Origin: an uncultured Verrucomicrobiae bacterium
GTDB taxonomy: Bacteria > Verrucomicrobiota > Verrucomicrobiia > Chthoniobacterales > JAATET01
Direction of reading: 5' to 3'
DNA length: 64,000 nt
NCBI GenBank assembly: GCA_963719495.1
Contig: CAVRCI010000005.1
Coordinates: 32,001-96,000 of the forward strand
Shown one piece after another: positions 50,369 through 60,980 of this stretch. The translations under genes were made by a program, and so were the position numbers. Positions within the stretch are counted from its first letter, which is position 1, and every line of letters begins with the position of its first letter. The notes beneath the pieces are model-generated. The model made no database searches and was not told the origin of the DNA. It was given only the letters and a program-made list of their open reading frames with translations.

Positions 50369-50524
50369 ATGAAACCACTCATCCTCACCCTCGCCCTCGT
50401 CGTCACTTCCCTCGTCCTCACCGGCTGCGGCTCGATGGGCAACCCCGACGGCGCACCGGCAACCACACCGAACAGCAACGACAGCAACATCGGCGACGTG
50501 AACAACAACATCCTCAACCGTTAG
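50369..50524 (+). CDS. 51-aa lipoprotein (absent from the ORF track)
   Basis: MKPLILTLALVVTSLVLTG|C lipobox and host-like C-ending codons. Confidence 0.8.
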   Translation: MKPLILTLALVVTSLVLTGCGSMGNPDGAPATTPNSNDSNIGDVNNNILNR

Positions 50525-50537
50525 GTTGAAGGAATGG

Positions 50538-50622
50538 GAAATTTGAAATGCCAAATGAGAAATGGATTCGGCCTTCGGGCCGCTCGCCATTTCTCATTCA
50601 GCATTTCTAATTTCTAATTTTC
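50538..50622. repeat. AT-rich 7-periodic inverted repeat between convergent genes
   Basis: GAAATTTGAAATGCCAAATGAGAAATGG ... CCATTTCTCATTCAGCATTTCTAATTTC. Confidence 0.75.
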
Positions 50623-51952
50623 AAACAGCCGCCATCCGGTCCAACCCCCGCCGGACCGCCGCAAACAACTCGTCGATCTCCGCCACCGAGATCACCAGCG
50701 GCGGCGACAGCGCGATCAGATCGCGGATTCCCCGCACGATCGCCCCTTCCTCCCGAACCAAACCCGAAGCGTGCGCGCCCAGCGAGGCCAACGGCTCGCC
50801 ACCCGCCCGCCGGATCTCCGCCGCGCCGATCAACCCGAACCCGCGCACCTCGCCAACCAACGGGTGATCCGCCAACTCGCCCAACCGAGCTTGAAAGTGC
50901 GGCCCTAGTTCGTCCCGCACCGCCGGGATCAACCCCTCGGAGTCGATGAACCCCAGATTCGCCAACGCCGCCGCGCAGCAGCTCGGATGACCGCTGTAAG
51001 TAAACCCGTGTGAAAAATACCCGCCCGAGTTGATCGCCTCCACGATCTCGTCACTCGGCATCGTCGCCCCCAGCGGCAGGTAACCACTCGTCAGCCCCTT
51101 CGCCAGCGTCATCAGATCCGGATCCAATTCCCAAAGCTCGCTCGCAAACCAAGCCCCGACCCGCCCGAACGCCGTGATCACCTCATCCGCCACGAACAAA
51201 ATGTCGTTCTCCCGGCAAAGCTCCCGCAACCCCCGCAAATACCCAGCCGGCGGCACGATCACGCCACCCGCCCCCTGAATCGGCTCCACGAACATCGCCG
51301 CGATCGTCCCCGCCCCCTCCCGCTCGATGATTGCCGCCGTCTCCGCCAGACACTTCTCCCCGAACGCCTCCTCCGAAAGTTCCGACTTCGCCGCGTAACG
51401 GTAAGGCGCCGGCACGTGCACGAAATCCGCCAGCGGCAACCCAAATGGATGATTGCAAACCGGCAGCCCCGTCAGGCTCGACGTCGCCAGCGTCACCCCG
51501 TGATACGCGTATTCCCGCGAGAGCACCTTCCGCTTTTCAGGTCGACCGAGGATCTCATTATACAAACGGATCATTTTGAGCGCCGTCTCGTTCGCTTCCG
51601 ACCCGGAATTCGAAAAGACCGCCTTGTTCAAGCGCCCCGGCGCCCGCGTCCCCAGCCACTCCGCCAGCAAAATCGCCGGCTCCGTCGTCGAATTGAAAAA
51701 CGACGGGTAATAGGGGAGCGACCGCATCTGCCGGTTCACCGCGTCGATGATCGGCGCGCAGTTGTAACCCACGTTCACGCACCAGAGCCCCGCCAACCCA
51801 TCGAGCAACCGCTTCCCGTCCGCGTCCGTCAACCAGCACCCCTCGCCCGACTCGATCACGTGCGTCCCCGCCGGATGCATCGCCGTATGATCCGTGAAGG
51901 GATGAATGTGAAAACTCCGATCCTTCTCCCGCAGCTCAGCCAAGGTGTTCAT
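50621..51952 (-). CDS. Class III (omega) aminotransferase
   Basis: DGLAGLWCVNVG, SGSEAN, YHG, EPIQG, DEVITAFGR and LAKGLTSGYLP. Confidence 0.93.
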   Translation of the reverse strand: MNTLAELREKDRSFHIHPFTDHTAMHPAGTHVIESGEGCWLTDADGKRLLDGLAGLWCVNVGYNCAPIIDAVNRQMRSLPYYPSFFNSTTEPAILLAEWLGTRAPGRLNKAVFSNSGSEANETALKMIRLYNEILGRPEKRKVLSREYAYHGVTLATSSLTGLPVCNHPFGLPLADFVHVPAPYRYAAKSELSEEAFGEKCLAETAAIIEREGAGTIAAMFVEPIQGAGGVIVPPAGYLRGLRELCRENDILFVADEVITAFGRVGAWFASELWELDPDLMTLAKGLTSGYLPLGATMPSDEIVEAINSGGYFSHGFTYSGHPSCCAAALANLGFIDSEGLIPAVRDELGPHFQARLGELADHPLVGEVRGFGLIGAAEIRRAGGEPLASLGAHASGLVREEGAIVRGIRDLIALSPPLVISVAEIDELFAAVRRGLDRMAAV

Positions 51953-52394
51953 AAGACCCATTTTACCACCGCCATCCCGCCGCCGCCAAGCCCCAGAAGA
52001 CGACCGTCTCCCAGGTCCCAACCTGATGACATGAAGTCCAGCAGCAACCGGCACCGGGCAAACCGCGAGGAGAGAATCCGACTGTTTCGCGGACCAAACA
52101 ACGCCTTCTTGATCAGATCGGAGCAACCTCTCCGTCCGGAGATATCAGAACGGCTGCAGCCGTGCTGAATTGGGTCTCAGCGACGCAACCAGCATCAACC
52201 GCTTCGATCAACTGGTTTCCAGAAATCATCGCTGCCCCTCCCAACCCGCTCCGGCGACGGATTCCTAGCTCTCAATTGCCGCCGCACTCGCTCGTGGGCA
52301 AACCGAAATTCGCCACCTCGTCCATTGCCCTGGACCCGCCTATCTGCTACCTCCCACCGCCCGCACGTCGCATCCGAATCTTCCCGCTCGCCCG

Positions 52395-53290
52395 GTGACC
52401 AAATCAGTCAGCATCATCGGAGTCGGGTCCGCTGGACTCCCTGCGGCAGCATGCTCTGGGAAGCCACATCCCGCAAGGTCCAGAAACAAGGCGGAACCGT
52501 CGAGATGGGCGCAAACGTCACCCGCTGCCGCCACGACGCCGACTCCGGCGAGTGGGAGACGACCTTCGAGCGAAAGGGCGAGACCGGCACGATCCGGTCC
52601 CAGCACGTCATCTCCTCCACCCCCATCAGCCTGCTAGCGTCGTTGCTCGCCCCCCCCCCTCTCGGCGAGAAGGCCGCCGCCGCCCAACAACTTCGCTACC
52701 GCGACTTCCTCACCGTCGCCCTGGTGGCGCGCGAGCGTCACCTCATCGAAGACAACTGGATCTACATCCACGAGCCCGGCGTCCAGGTTGGTCGCGTGCA
52801 GAATTTCAAATCCTGGTCGCCCGAGATGGTCCCCTCGCCCGACCTCGCTTGCTACGGACTCGAGTATTTTTGCTTCGAAGGCGACGGCCTCTGGAATTCG
52901 TCCGACGATGACCTCATTGCCCTCGGGCGCCGCGAACTCATCCAACTCGGCATCGCCGAAGCCGACGACATCATCGACGGCACCGTCGTCCGCCAGCCGG
53001 AGGCCTACCCGGTTTACGACGACACCTACGCCGCCCACGTCCGCGTCATCCGCGACGAACTTACCGCCCGCTACCCCGGCCTCAACTTCGTCGGCCGCAA
53101 CGGCATGCACAAATACAACAACCAGGATCACTCCATGATGACCGCCATGCTCTGCGCGAAAAACATCGCCGCCGACGAACCGCTCTTCGACCTCTGGGAA
53201 GTCAACGAAGACGCTGAATACCACGAAACCGAGTCTCCTTCGACCGGCTCCTCGGGACTCCGACAGGTCCCACGGAAAATCGACGCGTAG
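52395..53290 (+). pseudogene. FAD-dependent oxidoreductase (protoporphyrinogen oxidase/UGM-like) with internal deletion and frameshift
   Basis: The N-terminal MTKSVSIIGVGSAGL frame joins out of frame to MLWEA...DNWIYIH...GRNGMHKYNNQDHSM. Confidence 0.78.
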
Positions 53291-53471
53291 AGTCGGTTCG
53301 CGACTACCTTCTACCGAGCCTTGCCCCGTTGGGTCGCGACCCGCTGGAAGCAGGTGAAATGAAGATGATCGAGTCGAGTGCTCGATTCGCTTTTTCAGAA
53401 CGTAATCGTCCGAAAGTCGTAATTTCCAAACCGAGACGAATGGACGATCATCAAACTACGGCTGATTTTCG

Positions 53472-53894
53472 ATGGAAGAGTTTCTTAAACCCCGCATGCA
53501 CCGCTCTCACGTCCTTTACGCCCCAAGCAATCCTGGCGTGGCGATCTCCATCGACGAATACATCGAAGGGGCTCGGGTCGGGATCAGCTCCGAAGCGGTC
53601 CGTCACTTCCCGTCATTGAAACAACAGCTCGAGGCCAAGCTGCAGGGCGATCACGCGCTTCAGCACCGCGACTTGTGCGACGGAGTGAGGGCCATCCACC
53701 GATTCCTGTCGTCCGCCGAGGCTCAGAACGCGGACGATCCTCTACCTCGTAAGATCGCGGAAGCGGCCGTCGCGTTGAACTATTTCCTCAAGGGATTCGA
53801 TCTCATCCCCGACTCGATCCCCGAGATCGGATTGGTTGATGACGCCCGCGTCATCGCCTGCGTCCTGGCCCGAAATCCTACCATTTACCAATGA
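53472..53894 (+). CDS. DUF1232/YkvA-domain protein
   Basis: YFL..FDLIPDSIPEIGLVDD. Confidence 0.82.
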   Translation: MEEFLKPRMHRSHVLYAPSNPGVAISIDEYIEGARVGISSEAVRHFPSLKQQLEAKLQGDHALQHRDLCDGVRAIHRFLSSAEAQNADDPLPRKIAEAAVALNYFLKGFDLIPDSIPEIGLVDDARVIACVLARNPTIYQ

Positions 53895-54835
53895 ACATCC
53901 CAAACATCACCGCCGGAACAAACAACGAAAGCCTGACTGCCATTTGCCTCTTCGCCGCCTTTGCGGATGGCGAGAAGTCGGAGTCGGAACGCGAGGAGGT
54001 TCGGCGACTGGCTGCGGACGTCGGCATGGAGGACCTTTCGTCGATCTCGCGAAAGATCCTGATGGGAAAACTCTCGTTGGAGTCCGCGGTAGCCGGACTC
54101 GGAGGATCCCAGGACCGACTGCTTGCCTACGAGTTGGCGCTCGGCGTCTGCGAGGCTGGCGGCGACGTCACCACCGAAGAGCAGCAGTTTCTGGCAGACC
54201 TTCGGCGACTCCTCGATCTTGGGGACAACGACGCCAGCGCGGCGGAAGCTTCGGTCGGCGCCCTGGCCCTCGCGGAAGTGACGGGTTCCGGGCAGAACCT
54301 CGCGATCCCCGCGGCTCCGGACAATGCGGGTATGATCCTCAAATACAGCATTCTAAACGGCGCGCTCGAGCTGCTTCCAGAATCCCTCGCGACGATTGCC
54401 ATCATCCCGATGCAAATGAAGATGGTCTATCGGATCGGCCAGAACCACGGCGTCGAGCTCGATCGCTCGAACATCAAAGACTTTCTTGCCACCGCGGGCG
54501 TTGGATTGGGTTCGCAAATCGTGGAAGGATTTGCGCGCAAACTCATGCGGGGGATTGGGAAGAAAGTCGGCGGGAAGCTCGCCGGTCGCGCGGCCAGTCA
54601 GATTACCGGGTCCGCGATCTCCTTTGCGTCCACCTACGCGATTGGGCACGTTGCCGAGAAATACTATTCCAGCGGGCGAAAGCTCGAATCCGGAAATCTT
54701 CGGGCGATGTTCGAGCCGCTCCAGAATCAAGCGCGGGAGCTGCATCAGAAATATCTCCCCGAGATCCAGGAGCGCGCCAGCTCGCTCGGCACCGCCGAGA
54801 TTCTCTCGCTGGTCCGTGGCAAAACGCCCATCTGA
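53891..54835 (+). CDS. TerB-like domain plus DUF697-like domain protein
   Basis: AAFADG.KS.SE and VCEAGG motifs, with a Gly-rich hydrophobic C-terminal domain. ATGA overlap. Confidence 0.75.
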   Translation: MNIPNITAGTNNESLTAICLFAAFADGEKSESEREEVRRLAADVGMEDLSSISRKILMGKLSLESAVAGLGGSQDRLLAYELALGVCEAGGDVTTEEQQFLADLRRLLDLGDNDASAAEASVGALALAEVTGSGQNLAIPAAPDNAGMILKYSILNGALELLPESLATIAIIPMQMKMVYRIGQNHGVELDRSNIKDFLATAGVGLGSQIVEGFARKLMRGIGKKVGGKLAGRAASQITGSAISFASTYAIGHVAEKYYSSGRKLESGNLRAMFEPLQNQARELHQKYLPEIQERASSLGTAEILSLVRGKTPI

Positions 54836-54888
54836 CCGGGGCCCCCAAGCCTCTCGTAACTCTTCGTCTGTAGAATCATCCAAATTTC

Positions 54889-55506
54889 GTGCAGGAAAAA
54901 ATCTCCGACGGTCTGAGAAGAGTCCTCGTCGTCGCTGATGGTCAAGGTCTGGCGATAGGACAGATGGTGCAGATCCTGCAAGGGCGCGGGTTGCTCATGA
55001 TTGTGATCCTGCTCTGCCTGCCTTTTCTGAGTCCGGTGAGCGTCCCCGGGATCTCGATTCCCTTCGGGTTGGCCATCGCCTTCAGTGGTATGCGGATCGC
55101 TTTCGGGCGGGAGCCTTGGATTCCAGACTGGGTGCTTCGGCGTTCGCTGCCACCCCGCGTTCTCGAGAAGATCGTCTCGGTCGGCATCCGGCTTCACGAA
55201 CGCCTGGAGCGAATCACGCGACCCCGCTTGATCATCTTTCTGAGTCAGACTGGCCGGATTTTTGCGGGATTGGCGATCGCCCTCGCGGGCGTCTTCCTGT
55301 CGCTGCCGGTTCCCCCGCCCTTTCCGTTGACCAATACCATCCCGGGCCTCGCGATCATCCTCATCTGCCTCGGTCTCATGGAACGGGACGGCTGGTTTCT
55401 CGTCTGGGGATACGGCCTGATCTTGATCGGGACGGTCTATTTGGCGGGGATCGGGTTCCTCGGCGGGGCGGGGATCGCCCAGGTTCGCGCGTGGATGGGC
55501 TGGTAG
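54889..55506 (+). CDS. exoD: ExoD-family exopolysaccharide synthesis membrane protein
   Basis: PGIS..FG, PWIP, NTIPG and ERDG. Confidence 0.87.
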   Translation: MQEKISDGLRRVLVVADGQGLAIGQMVQILQGRGLLMIVILLCLPFLSPVSVPGISIPFGLAIAFSGMRIAFGREPWIPDWVLRRSLPPRVLEKIVSVGIRLHERLERITRPRLIIFLSQTGRIFAGLAIALAGVFLSLPVPPPFPLTNTIPGLAIILICLGLMERDGWFLVWGYGLILIGTVYLAGIGFLGGAGIAQVRAWMGW

Positions 55507-55516
55507 ACTCGCCGCG

Positions 55517-56464
55517 TCAGGATGGCCAGAGCGCGAAAAGGTAGACGGCAAATCCCGTCAGAAGAAACCCACCCTCCCAGCGCTGTAGATTGCGCCCCGT
55601 CCACATGAGGGGGAGCAAAGCCACGGCAAACGCGCCCATCACCACGAGATCGAGTGTCGAGACTCCCGTGGCCTCGATGGGACGCACGACGGCGGTGATG
55701 CCGAGAATTCCGAGCACGTTGAACAGATTCGAGCCGATGACGTTACCGACAGCGATGTCGGGCTGGCGGCGGATCGCGGCCATCACGGAGGTCGCGAGTT
55801 CCGGCATGCTGGTGCCCGCCGCGACGATGGTGAGGCCGATGACGGCTTCGCTGACCCCGAGAGTCGTCGCGATCGAGGTCGCCGACCCGACGAGCCAGTG
55901 CGACGCCAGCACGAGCAACGCGAGTCCTCCCGCCACGAATGCCAGGTCGCGGAGCAGCGAACGCGACACGGTCGGCACCCCCTCTTCGAACTCCGCTTCC
56001 GCTTCCGGCGGCGACGTCGTCTTCGCCAGCCAGACGGTAACTCCGGTGTAAAGGAGCAGAGCGGCGACAAGGGCAGCCCCAATCCCGGATCCGAGAGAAC
56101 CCCGCGAAAGAATGAGAGCGCCGACGATCGTCGCACCGACCATGATCGGGGCATCGATCTTGAGCACCGGAAGCGCGATCCGAATCGGGCAAATCAACGC
56201 GGTCAACCCGAGGATCACGCCGATATTGAGAATGTTCGATCCGACGATGTTTCCCACCGCCAAGCCACCCTGCCCGGCCAAGGTCGCGTTGACACTCACG
56301 ACCAACTCCGGAGCGCTGGTCCCGAATGCGACGACCGTCAGACCGACCACCAACGGAGTGAGACCGAGCCGGATCGCCAGCGACGCACTACCGCGAACGA
56401 GACCTTCGGCTCCCACGAGGAGAACGCCAATGGAGAGGAGGAGGATAAGGATTTGAGTGATCAT
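55517..56464 (-). CDS. Ca2+/Na+ antiporter (YrbG family)
   Basis: Two alpha repeats GTSAPE/GTSMPE and GN.VGSN. ATGA overlap. Confidence 0.93.
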   Translation of the reverse strand: MITQILILLLSIGVLLVGAEGLVRGSASLAIRLGLTPLVVGLTVVAFGTSAPELVVSVNATLAGQGGLAVGNIVGSNILNIGVILGLTALICPIRIALPVLKIDAPIMVGATIVGALILSRGSLGSGIGAALVAALLLYTGVTVWLAKTTSPPEAEAEFEEGVPTVSRSLLRDLAFVAGGLALLVLASHWLVGSATSIATTLGVSEAVIGLTIVAAGTSMPELATSVMAAIRRQPDIAVGNVIGSNLFNVLGILGITAVVRPIEATGVSTLDLVVMGAFAVALLPLMWTGRNLQRWEGGFLLTGFAVYLFALWPS

Positions 56465-58221
56465 GGGGCAGCTTTCAGGGGCCAAAGTAGGGGCAGTATT
56501 GCGAGGGTCACGACCGTCAACAGCACCGTCAGCCAACCGCCGACCCGAATGAAATCCATGAGCCGATATTTCCCTGGGCCGTAGACCAACAAGCAAGAGG
56601 GTTCGAATGGCGTGATAAAAGAAATCGACCCCGCGAGCATGATCCCGATAGCAAACGTCCGCTCGTCCCCTCCGATCAACCGCGCGGCTTCCAAAGCGAC
56701 GGGGAGCACGACCAGGGCCGCCGCCGCGTTCGACATCGGCTGGGTCAAGAGAATCGTCAGAACGAAAAATCCAGCCAACACCGGAGCGATTCCGAGAGGT
56801 CCCAGAACTCCCACGATCTCGTCGGCAAGAAACGCGGCGGCCCCCGAGTTCTGCATCGCCGTTCCAAACGCCGTCATGCCGCCGATCAAGATTAACAACC
56901 GCCAGTCGATGATCGTGTAGGCCTTCTCGACCGTGATGCACCGCAGCACGACCACGCCGACGGCCGCCGTCAGGAAGGCGGCAGACATTGGAATCCACCC
57001 CGTCACGGAGATGAGGATCGCCGCGACGAAGAGCCCCAGAGCGGTCAATCCCGCCTTGGGCGATTGGGATTCCGCGTGAATCTCTTCGAGGATCGAGAAG
57101 TCATCCTCCAGTCGCAGCGCTTCGATGCGTTCCGGCGTTCCCTGCAGGAGCAGGACGTCTCCGGTTCGCAATCTCAACGCCGAGAGTCCCTCGTGAAAGG
57201 ACCGACCGCGCCGGTAAACCGCCAACGCCGATGCGCCAAAACGTTCCCGAAAAGCGATCTCCAGCAGGGTCCGCCCGACCAGTTCCGAGCGCGGCGTGAT
57301 CACGGCCTCGACGACCCGCGAGTTGCCCCCCTCGATCTCGTCGAGAGATTGACCTGCTCCGATCTCCAACTTTTCCATCGTCCGAATCTTGAGAAGATTC
57401 TCGGCCCTCCCTTCGATCAGCAACACGTCGGCGGCCTCGATCGGGACAGTCGGCTCGATCCCTTCTCCATCCCGCCAAAGCCGCAGGACCCGAAAATCGA
57501 GCAGCCCGAGATCGTTCCGATCGGCGCCTTGGCCGATCAACGGAGACTCGGCCAACACGGTCACCTCGCTCAAAAAATTGCGCAGCTCGTAGTCATCGGT
57601 CAGATCGCCCCCCGAATCGACCGGCAGCAGACGTCGCCCGACGAAAAACATGAACAGTAATCCAGTGACCACGATCACCAGTCCGATCGGCGTCATCTCG
57701 AAGAAACCGAGCGGCTCCATGCCAGCCGCCTCGATGTAGCCACTCACCGCGACATTCGTAGACGTTCCGATCAACGAGCACGTCCCCCCCAGAATCGAGG
57801 CGAAGGCCAGCGGCATCAACAGTTGGGACGGACTTAATCCCACCCTATTGGCAAGACCCGTCACCGCCGGCAGGAACATCGCCGTGACCGTCGTATTGTT
57901 CATGAATCCGGATAATCCCGCCGGAACGATCGTGATCGCGGCATACAACCGACCCACGCTCCGCCCGGAGATCTTCGCCAACCCTCCGCCAACCGCGTCG
58001 AGAACGCCCGTCTCCCGCAGCGCTCCGCTGATGACAAAGATCGATGCGAGAATGACCAGGATGTCCGAGCTAAATCCCGCGAACGCCTCCGCGGTCGTCA
58101 GAATGCCGGTGAAGATCAACCCCAACAGCAAAAGCAGCGTGACGAGATCGACCGACAACGTCTCCCGCGCAAAGAGAACGACGCCAATAACCAGCAGTCC
58201 AAGGACGATCGCAATTTCCAT
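56461..58221 (-). CDS. SLC13-family permease with TrkA-C domains
   Basis: FMNNT, GTSTN, two TrkA-C modules and MSNAA. Confidence 0.9.
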   Translation of the reverse strand: MEIAIVLGLLVIGVVLFARETLSVDLVTLLLLLGLIFTGILTTAEAFAGFSSDILVILASIFVISGALRETGVLDAVGGGLAKISGRSVGRLYAAITIVPAGLSGFMNNTTVTAMFLPAVTGLANRVGLSPSQLLMPLAFASILGGTCSLIGTSTNVAVSGYIEAAGMEPLGFFEMTPIGLVIVVTGLLFMFFVGRRLLPVDSGGDLTDDYELRNFLSEVTVLAESPLIGQGADRNDLGLLDFRVLRLWRDGEGIEPTVPIEAADVLLIEGRAENLLKIRTMEKLEIGAGQSLDEIEGGNSRVVEAVITPRSELVGRTLLEIAFRERFGASALAVYRRGRSFHEGLSALRLRTGDVLLLQGTPERIEALRLEDDFSILEEIHAESQSPKAGLTALGLFVAAILISVTGWIPMSAAFLTAAVGVVVLRCITVEKAYTIIDWRLLILIGGMTAFGTAMQNSGAAAFLADEIVGVLGPLGIAPVLAGFFVLTILLTQPMSNAAAALVVLPVALEAARLIGGDERTFAIGIMLAGSISFITPFEPSCLLVYGPGKYRLMDFIRVGGWLTVLLTVVTLAILPLLWPLKAAP

Positions 58222-58557
58222 TTACGCGGTAATGACCAGCGGAAGTATTACGCCCAAGTCCGGTGTCAAGGGACCAGAAAAATCGCGATGCAGGGTCGGC
58301 GAGTGAGCCGTTTCCGCGATCGTCGTCGCGGATGACCCGCAGCCACGTTCGGGGACGCGGCGGCGGAAAGCAGAGGTGACGTGCGTCGAGGGGCGATGCC
58401 AGCGATCAGGGAGTGAGTCAATCGCGGCGAATCCAGGGGACTCTGGCACCTGCCGCCTTCCCCAAATCACCACCCATTTTCAAACTTGACGCCAACCGCC
58501 CCATCCGGTTGGTTGCGCGCCAGTTTTGAGCAGCAATATCACCAACTAGCCGCCTTG

Positions 58558-60060
<1,503 letters not shown>

Positions 60061-60080
60061 CCCCGAATCCCGCGAACGAA

Positions 60081-60710
60081 GTGAGCGCAAACCACTTCCC
60101 ATTCCGCATTCAACAGTTGCCTCGGTCGCTCCCGCTCCTCTCGCCCTTCGGGCTGCTCCGCAGAGCTAGAGCAGGCTGCCCCAAGCCTTCCCGGGCTCCG
60201 GTGCTCACATTCCTGAGCGTTCTCGCTCTGGCAGGCTGCGCCGGAGACACCCGCCACCAACTCCTCATCAGTGTTCAAGACCAACGCATGGTCGTGCTCG
60301 ACGAAGGAGAATTCGTAGCCGCTTACCCGGTTTCGACGTCGAAATTCGGCCTCGGCAGCGCCCCAAGCAGCAACCGAACCCCCGTCGGCCACTTCAAGAT
60401 CCGCGAAAAGATCGGCGACAACCTCGCGCCCGGCGCCGTCCTCAAGCACCGCCGCCCCACCGGCGAAATCCTCGGCGTCAACGCCCCCGGCCGCGACCCC
60501 ATCGTCACCCGCATCCTCTGGCTCGACGGCCAGGACCCCGGCAACCGCAACGCCCACGACCGCTACATCTACATCCACGGCACCCCCGAAGAGCGCACGA
60601 TTGGGACCCCCGCCAGCTACGGCTGCATCCGCATGCGCTCCCAGGACGTCATCGCCCTCTACGACCGAGTAGGGTCCGGCGCCCGGGTCGTGATTCAGGA
60701 GAGCTTCTAG
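60081..60710 (+). CDS. L,D-transpeptidase (YkuD) lipoprotein; start 60081 or 60201
   Basis: Lipobox LAGC and YIHGT...SYGCIRM. Confidence 0.88.
   Translation: MSANHFPFRIQQLPRSLPLLSPFGLLRRARAGCPKPSRAPVLTFLSVLALAGCAGDTRHQLLISVQDQRMVVLDEGEFVAAYPVSTSKFGLGSAPSSNRTPVGHFKIREKIGDNLAPGAVLKHRRPTGEILGVNAPGRDPIVTRILWLDGQDPGNRNAHDRYIYIHGTPEERTIGTPASYGCIRMRSQDVIALYDRVGSGARVVIQESF
60116..60206. repeat. Family J 91-bp repeat within a lipoprotein signal region
   Basis: Colinear with intergenic 49050-49140. Confidence 0.82.
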
Positions 60711-60723
60711 CTTTCCACCCCCC

Positions 60724-60851
60724 GGAGGGCAAGGCTCCCGCCGAGCCGTCATCAACGCGCCACCCGTGCGTCCACGCCACAATTCCGAACCCCACTCACG
60801 ACCCGCTAAAACCCAAACGCTTGTCATGCTGAGCGAGGACAAGCATCTCTG
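60724..60851. repeat. Family A arm and family G arm
   Basis: Arms at 60724-60748 and 60822-60851. Confidence 0.82.
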
Positions 60852-60980
60852 ACTTACCCTCCTCACCGAATTCGCAAACTCGGTCATGTCCCGCGAGCAC
60901 TAAAACGAACAAGAGGAGATTCGGAAAGCGCGCCAGAAGTTGCCGATGGTGGAATCAACTGGCAGTCTCGTAAATTAGTC

